From Felis catus (taxonomy: Eukaryota): a stretch of DNA of 64,000 nucleotides. A program made the position numbers and the translations under genes. The stretch's first letter is position 1, and every line of letters starts with the position of its first letter. The stretch covers positions 132,186,001-132,250,000 of the forward strand of contig NC_058368.1 in the NCBI RefSeq assembly GCF_018350175.1, given 5' to 3'. Positions 56,706 through 64,000 of the stretch are shown in pieces. A model generated the notes under the pieces. It was given only the letters and a program-made list of their open reading frames with translations, was not told where the DNA came from and searched no databases.

Positions 56706-57591
56706 AAGATTACAAAAAATTATCCATAATCCTGGACTATACATACTTCTGAACCTTTATGATTTTTATTATGTCTAAATCTTACTTAAGACAAAAGTAA
56801 AAGAAGCCTAAGTTTAGATAGAACTGTGAAATGAAAAACCTATCATTGAAAAGGACAATGTTCATAGCATCTATTAGAAAAACATACTATGCAGTCAACT
56901 TACAGAAACTCTATTTTCCAAAAGTGCCTTGAAAATCTCTACCTAAAATGGCAAGTGCTCAAGATACTATTTCCAAAACTTTAATCTCAAGGATTCACAG
57001 TACAGCCCTTTGACAGAGCCTTATTCTATAGAGAATGACACATTTTGAAAGGTAGATTCCCACTGCTAACAGGATTATATTACCTAGTGGGCTCATGGGG
57101 ATTCAAATTTTGCTAGGGCATTAACTTCTCACAAATTACTGTTTAAAGTATGCAACTGTAAATCTATGCATAGGAAATACAAGATGTTAAATTACTCTCA
57201 GAAAAGGCTCTGAAGAGTTTTCAGACAAATCTCTTATCCAGAATGTCAACTTGGGTAATAAAGATTGTGGTATCTCCATTAAGACTTCCCAAGATAAAAA
57301 AAATACTCACTCTAAAGACAAAAACTAAGAAAATTTTATTTCATACCAAGATAGCAAGAGGCACACCTCATGAAAGAATATAGGAACACATTCGTATGTT
57401 CAGAAATACCCTTCTTTAAACTGCTGGATCCTAGAACATGAATGCATATATTTATTGCATAGGTATATGCATATGTATATCGGTTGCCATGTAAGTACCC
57501 TAAAGTAGGTCCCAAGTTTGTTCACTAATAAGTTAAATGTATTTTGAAATTTTTTGGCTCTTGGGGAATTTATACAGCAGCCATCATAGTA

Positions 57592-57711
57592 GGGGTTGCC
57601 CAGCTGGCTCAGTCAATGGATCATGTGACTCTTGATCTCAGGGTCAGGAGTTCAAGCCCCACATTGGGTGTAGAGACTGCTTAAATAAATTAAAAAAAAA
57701 AACACAAAAAA
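57592..57711 (+). mobile_element. Short CAN-SINE
   Basis: TSD ccatcatagta at 57581-57591 and 57712-57722. Confidence 0.92.
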
Positions 57712-58639
57712 CCATCATAGTAGATGGATTAATATCCCTAAATAAAATATATTAGATAGAGTACAGTTTTGAGAGAGATTGATGATTTTTTTGACTACCC
57801 ACCAGCTTAGCTCTAGAAGAACATAGTTCTCTTTCACATCCTCATAATCCTTTATAGGAGAAGATAAGATTTATTAATATTACTCTCATGATTTCTATGA
57901 ACTAATAAGCCATTTCCTGTGTGTTAGGATGGTTCCCTTCTCTAACCCTAAAATTTATTTTGGGAGACTCTCTAGGAAAAATGTGGGTTTTGTGCTTGCC
58001 CTTGAATTCATGGAAGGTGAGAGAAGTTATCAACAGTGTTCATTAAGGGAATCTCTGTTACATAACACTGAAAATTGGAAATGGACTCTCTAATTTCATG
58101 GACTCAACTTGTAACCAATGAGGAGGTTTGCCTGGTAAGACAAAATGACATTATTTCCCATTCATTCAAGAATATTATTAGAACATCTACCAGGCATTCA
58201 CCTGGCATTCACCAGGCATTATGTTAGTGTTATGAAAAAATAACACTATCACAGAATTTACAGGAACCAGAGAGAAGGCAGGGTACAATCAGACAGTAGC
58301 TCAAATGTTATAGACTGGTACTGCTCTTTAGAGTTTTTGATATTCTGTGACGAAATTAGGAGAATGACGTCAATGTGGTAAGATTTTCATGAAACTAATT
58401 TTTTTATTTTAATGGCCTCTTCTAATTTATTAGTTTTATTCCTTTTACTTTTTATGTGCTACAATAGACTGTAAGGTTCCTGAAGGCAGGGTGTGGGTGC
58501 TAATGGCAGTCTTTGCAAAATGTTGGCAAAATTAAAAATTGGCATCCCTGTGTTGATTTGCTAATTTTCAGGGAGAAATTTTCTTTGCCTACAAAAACCT
58601 AAAAGCTTGTGAACCACTCATTGGCCAAAACTTGATAAT

Positions 58640-59420
58640 CAATATTTTTTTCAACATATCAATGTATTTATTAATCAGTTGTCTCTTATGTCTTACCACT
58701 ATCTTCTGAATTCAATTTCTTTCCTCTTGACATGCATCCTTTAAGAGTTAATTTAGCAAGGAACACTTGTTCCTAATGGTCTCAAAATACATTTATTTAG
58801 CCTTCAATTTTAAAATGATATTTTAATTGTATATAGAATTTTAGGCTAACATTTATTTTATCTCAGCATTTGAAGGTGTTAAGTTCATTGTCACCTGTAC
58901 ACTATGGAGGCTAATGAAAAATCATTTCTCGGTCTTAATCACTGTTTCTTTGTGATGAACTCTAGTTGCTTTCGAGAGTTTGTCTTTGCTGTAGTGCAGT
59001 TTCACCACCGTTATCTAGGTGTTCTTTTATTTATCTACTTGGGGTTCATGCTTTAAATTCATATGTTTCTTTAATTCTGAAAAATTACTAGTTATTATCT
59101 TTTTTAATATACACTTCACCATTCCCTCTTCTGGAACTTCTATTCAACTTACATTGGATATTGTCATTCTAACCGCCATGTCTCTTAAATTCTTTTCATA
59201 TTTACCCTATATTTTTCTATTGGGGTGTTAATCTTTCACTTCATGGTGGATTGTTTCCTCATGCTGTTTGCTATTTTCTATTCAAGCTTATCTTCAGGGA
59301 ATATTGTTTTTTCTTGGAACATCCTGGGCTTCCTGAGTTGTAGAAGTGTAGCTTTGCACATTTGTTTCTATTATACACTCCCAAGTTTCAGTTGTTTTTT
59401 GTTTCACCACTTTTCACGTT
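58640..59420 (-). mobile_element. Old L1M fragment, sense to the gene
   Basis: T-rich L1 antisense motifs (gtatatagaattttagg, tttaattctgaaaaatt...attatc, ttctggaact). Approximate. Confidence 0.6.
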
Positions 59421-60615
59421 GATCTATTTGGTCAATACTACATAGGTAGACTGTACAAAGTCATACTCTGTTCTTTTATGAGTCACAAGCCTAGGAGCTT
59501 CAATTTCTCATGTGAGCTGTTTTTCCCCATCCAAAGCAAAGGGCAGACAAGCTTACTCGTCATTTCCATTTACCTATTTCTTCACAGTATAAATGACCCT
59601 TCAGTCATGCCCAAGACGTCTCCTATCCTAACATAGAAAACATCAGCTCACCAGCTTGGCACTTGAACTAAAACTCCTCTTCATTTCTGGCACACCCTTA
59701 CCTTCCTCTCTTGGTTCTGATATATACAAGCTTTCTGCTGAAATGTAATAAATGCATTCTGTGAAAACCCTTGCATTATACAAAATTACTTATGAAGAAA
59801 ACAAGGTTTATGGGAAAAATATGGTTGGAGCAGACCACTGAAAATCTAGGTAATTTTGTAGCCAGAAAACAAACAAAAACATCAAGAGTTCTAATGAAAA
59901 ACTTTGCATTCTTAAATCTCTGCTGCCATTTGATCCCAGCAGCCCAATCAATTGATCCTTTGTAGCCTTAAACACTGTGACTTGTGATGCTTTCTCCTTT
60001 GAGATGTAGGTCTTTGAGGGTATCTGCCTTCAACAGAAACCATTTTCATAAAAATTGTTTTTATGAATAGGTTTCAAGTTATAGCTTCTTTATCAGTCAT
60101 TAAAAAAATAACACAAAGGGATATATATTTACAGGTTCTTCATCTGGCCTCATGATTTTAATAGATTTGTTTAAATACAGTTTTGGGAATGGAGTCATTA
60201 AGTTATCTACTATGGACAATAAAGACCCTTCTTTGGAGTTGGGTGTTTTTCTATGACACTATATATAATACTACAAATTTTCTCTTTGTGAGAAAGCTTA
60301 CCTGAGCATCACATCATTAACGCACTAGGAAATAATCATATATGAACAAACAAGACTTATACATTAGACTGGCATCATTCCACAGTCTGTCAATTTTCCT
60401 ATGTGTCTTCTCATCACAGAAACACATGTTGTAGCTAAATAAATTATATTTAATTATGTTTTGTTCATTTTATTTCTCTGGCATTTTCTGCCAGAGAAAT
60501 TATATCTGGAGAAGTGATTGTATTTACTGTTTGTCATGTTTTTGAAACTCAAACTCTTTTCCTAGACATTAAAAAGCCAATTATATAAAGAATCGGAGAC
60601 AAAATATGCATGCCA

Positions 60616-60803
60616 GGGCACCTAGGTAGCTCAGCCAGTTAAGCATCTGACTTCAGCTTTGTGAGTTCAAGGCCCTCATCAGGCTCTCTGCTGTCAGTAC
60701 AGAGACCACTTCCAATCCTCTGTTCTCCTCTCTCTCTGCCCCTCCCTTGCTGGTTCTCTCTCTCTCCCTCTTTCTCTCTCTCTCTCAAAATAAACAAACA
60801 AAA
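60616..60803 (+). mobile_element. CAN-SINE
   Basis: TSD aaaatat[g/a]catgc. Confidence 0.92.
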
Positions 60804-62534
60804 AAATATACATGCTAGCTTAGAAGAGAAGTCAGTTGAATAAATGGATAAAAGCCAAAGGGAGAGATTTGAGTTCAGTGTATAGCAAATTCTTCCAAAA
60901 GTCAGAATGATGAAATAAAACTGAATCTCTCATTACTGAAGATCCTAAGCTTACACTTTACAACTTCTAAGTAGCAATATTGTAGGCAGGAAAAAAAAAA
61001 AAAAAAAAAGAACTAACACTAACACTTTTTCAGGGTATAGGTCTATACCTATACCCAGGCTAGGTCTATTCATATTTGTATCTATAAAATCATCACTACA
61101 ATCTTCTCAGAAAGTGTAAGAAAATTTAGGTTCAGAAACATTTAGCAATTTGCTTCAATCCAAATTAAATCAGGTTTGAATCAGGTGTCTAATATTAATG
61201 CCTAAAATATCTCCACACAACTAAACTACTTTCCCATTTCTCTTAAATGTACCACAGTTGAATAAAGTCACTAGCCAATTAGAAAATGTTTACTTGTAAT
61301 CTAATGTAATATAAAATATCACTCAATGTTCATAATACCCTCTTATCCTTTGCCTGTATTTTAAAGGAAGCTATCTCCAAATTAAGACTATTATTTACCA
61401 ATTCATAACATAAACATTCATTATACGAGTTTAGCCATCAACTTATATGTTGTTCTTATTATTGAAACTTCTGATATAATAACACCTTGTATTTGGATTT
61501 TTAAAAGATACTGTTACCATACTCTTCAAAAGTATTCCATGATCTTCCATGAGACAAGACATTTAAAATATTTTTACTTACTTAAAATTTTAATATCAAT
61601 TCCTAGACTTCTAGTCTATTTGATTTTTCAAATGAATGATACTTTTTTCAACCATTAACAATAATAAAAAAATAGCAAACATAAATCATAATAAAAATAC
61701 ATATAAAGGTTAGAATTTGAAAGTAATTATCTAATGTAATATAATATACTTGATATTCAGAAAACAACTTTGTAAAAAACTTAACTAGATCTCTGCTGAT
61801 CAGAGCAGAATAATTGATTATTTTATAGCCAAAACCCTTTCAATACAACTGGATGTTTTCATAATTCTAGCTGTTAAATGATCCTTAAAAATGGGAAGAG
61901 GAGCCCTATGATTTACCTAGGAAAATTTAAATTATCAGTTTACATAGAGAAAAAGAGATACTATAAAATTATCAGACCATTTTATAATTACTACATCATT
62001 AAGGAAGTAAAACAGTAAACAAAGAGAAAATGGCCTCTTTATTGCTAGCTGGTTTTGTTTTTAAATTTTTGTAAACAATTGTAAAGATCATAGAAGAAAG
62101 ATATACACATTTTCTGCCCTTGGGAAACCCTAAACCCTATGCCATCTTGGGTCTTTGGTTCTGAATATGAAACAGTTTCTTTGTCCTCATTACCCTATCA
62201 GTAACATCTCTCAACAGCTGTTTGCAATAAAGGATCCTGACGGCCAAGGGGGAGACCAGAGCCTGAAGAGGTCAGAAAGGAGCATCAATGATTAGAAAGG
62301 TTACTTATCATGGTATCACACAAAGGAAAATTGAAAACCAACATATGGTGACCCCGTGGCCTGGCTCCAGGTGTTTAGTAGCTATCTGAAGAAAGAGAAT
62401 AATGTACCCTTATTTCATCTTTAAATAGGTTAATCCTGTTGTGTGGGTAATTTAAAAACAAGAGATCCTAGAAAGACATATATTTTTGTTGTATTTATGC
62501 ATACAAATATATATGCATACATTTATATATATCT

Positions 62535-62572
62535 ATGTGTGTGTGTATGTATACACACACACACACACACAG

Positions 62573-62623
<51 letters not shown>
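62535..62623. repeat. Compound (TG)n/(CA)n/(TA)n microsatellite
   Basis: Directly visible in the sequence. Confidence 0.95.
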
Positions 62624-62626
<3 letters not shown>

Positions 62627-62731
62627 AAGAACTAATCTAGAAATGCAAGTTAAATAATTATTAATATGAAGACGCTAAAAGAAAATGCTTAAATAGTTTA
62701 AAAAACTACCTCTAAGAAGCAAACACAAAGT

Positions 62732-62933
62732 GGATTGCCCGGGTGGCTCAGTTGGTTGAGCATCCAACTCTTGATTTCGGCTCAGGTCATGATCTCATGG
62801 TTCAAGATCAAGCTCTATGCTGACAGCGAGGAGACTGCTTGGGATTCTCTGCCCCCCTCTTTCTCTGCCCCTATGCCACCCTTCTCTCAAAATAAAATAA
62901 ATGTGTTTTGTTTTTTGTCTTTTATTTTTTTAA
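62732..62933 (+). mobile_element. CAN-SINE
   Basis: TSD taagaagcaaaca[c/g]aaagt. Confidence 0.92.
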
Positions 62934-63824
62934 TAAGAAGCAAACAGAAAGTAAAAATACCTGATCTTTAAGATTACCAGGGACTACAGACCTAAAATTT
63001 GGGATTGACTTTTAAGGAAAAATAAAAATAAAATCAACTTTTTGTTAAGTATATAAGTTTGGACTCCAAAAGAATATTGAGGTGCTAAAATAATTTCATG
63101 AATTTTATTTCCATATCAAACCACACTGTAGAATATTTATACTACCTTAAAATCTTCAAGGAAAGTGGTTCTACAATCTCCCTCAGAGCAACATTCCAAT
63201 ATTTAATAACTTGAAATTCTTCCTACTACCAAATCTACAACCTTCCAGCTGTAAAAATGAAGATGACTGTGTTTTTTTATGCTCTTGGTAGGGAAGGAGA
63301 ACAATTTGTTACCAACAATCAAACTATAATAAATGTTCCAAAGCCTGAAGACAGTTTTAAGACCAACATTTAACTTCCTTTTTTATAGGCTACTCAAACT
63401 CCATTTCTTTAAACTTCCCTTATATGTACTTCTAAGTATTTCACTATCATCCTTTCCCAAGTTATCTGCATCTCTTAAAAAAGAATTTGGTAGGTAGCCA
63501 ACAATTCCTTAAAAAGACTAATAAAGTCTTTTTATTAGAATGATTCTCAAGTAGAAAGAAATAATGACTTGAATCTTAGCTAATTGGTGGTGATAAAATA
63601 ATAAACAAAAGGTAGTAAGCATTAAAACATTAAAAACTTGAGTCTGAGAGACAAAACATGTCAGGCTTTATTAAGTACCCTCCAGGGGGAGGATACCCTG
63701 ATTAGACAACTCAACTATCTTATATTTAGCAGGCCACCCTGTCTGCAAATAGCTATACTTCAGGCAGATATAGCTTGATGGTATTCTTATGGTTATTAAT
63801 TAACATGTTAATAAAAATAATTTA

Positions 63825-64000
63825 GGGGTATCTCGGTGGCTCAGTCAGTTGAGTGTCAGACTTTAGCTCTGTTCATGATCTCACAGTTCGTGAGCCTGAA
63901 TCAGGATCACTGCTGTCAGTGCAGAGCCTGCTTTGGATCCTCTGTCCCCCTCTTGCTCCCCTGCTCGCACTCTCACTCTCTCAAAAATAAATACAACATT
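63825..64000 (+). mobile_element. CAN-SINE running to the window edge
   Basis: ggggtatctcggtggctcagtcagttgag head. Confidence 0.9.

Noticed and set aside
58190..58220. 11-bp tandem repeat cc[a/t]ggcattca, about three copies
   Set aside because: Simple slippage repeat.
61299..61744. 16-bp direct repeat atctaatgtaatataa
   Set aside because: Short and very AT-rich, so weak evidence of anything.

Overview
Mammalian genomic DNA, almost certainly a felid (abundant feline-type CAN-SINEs). The whole window lies inside ADAMTS6, transcribed on the minus strand. I reconstructed nine consecutive coding exons by hand (54015-53908, 42899-42754, 40668-40605, 22895-22793, 15741-15608, 14019-13896, 13358-13278, 4981-4818, 4377-4239). 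All have AG/GT boundaries and matching phases, and they splice into one open frame covering the end of the disintegrin-like domain, TSR1, the Cys-rich and spacer domains, and the start of TSR2. The rest is intronic: about 27 CAN-SINEs (many with TSDs), old and younger L1 pieces, L2/MIR, LTR relics, MER5A/MER58/MER3/Tigger-like MITEs and a pogo/Tc2-type transposase fossil. Nearly all ORFs in the supplied track are spurious. I found no evidence of a new multi-gene system. The most interesting observations are an in-frame intron read-through C-terminus that resembles the short human ADAMTS6 isoform (recalled from memory), an unusually weak splice donor, a tandem donor that would introduce a stop, in-frame exon modules flanked by inverted SINEs, and several transposon oddities.
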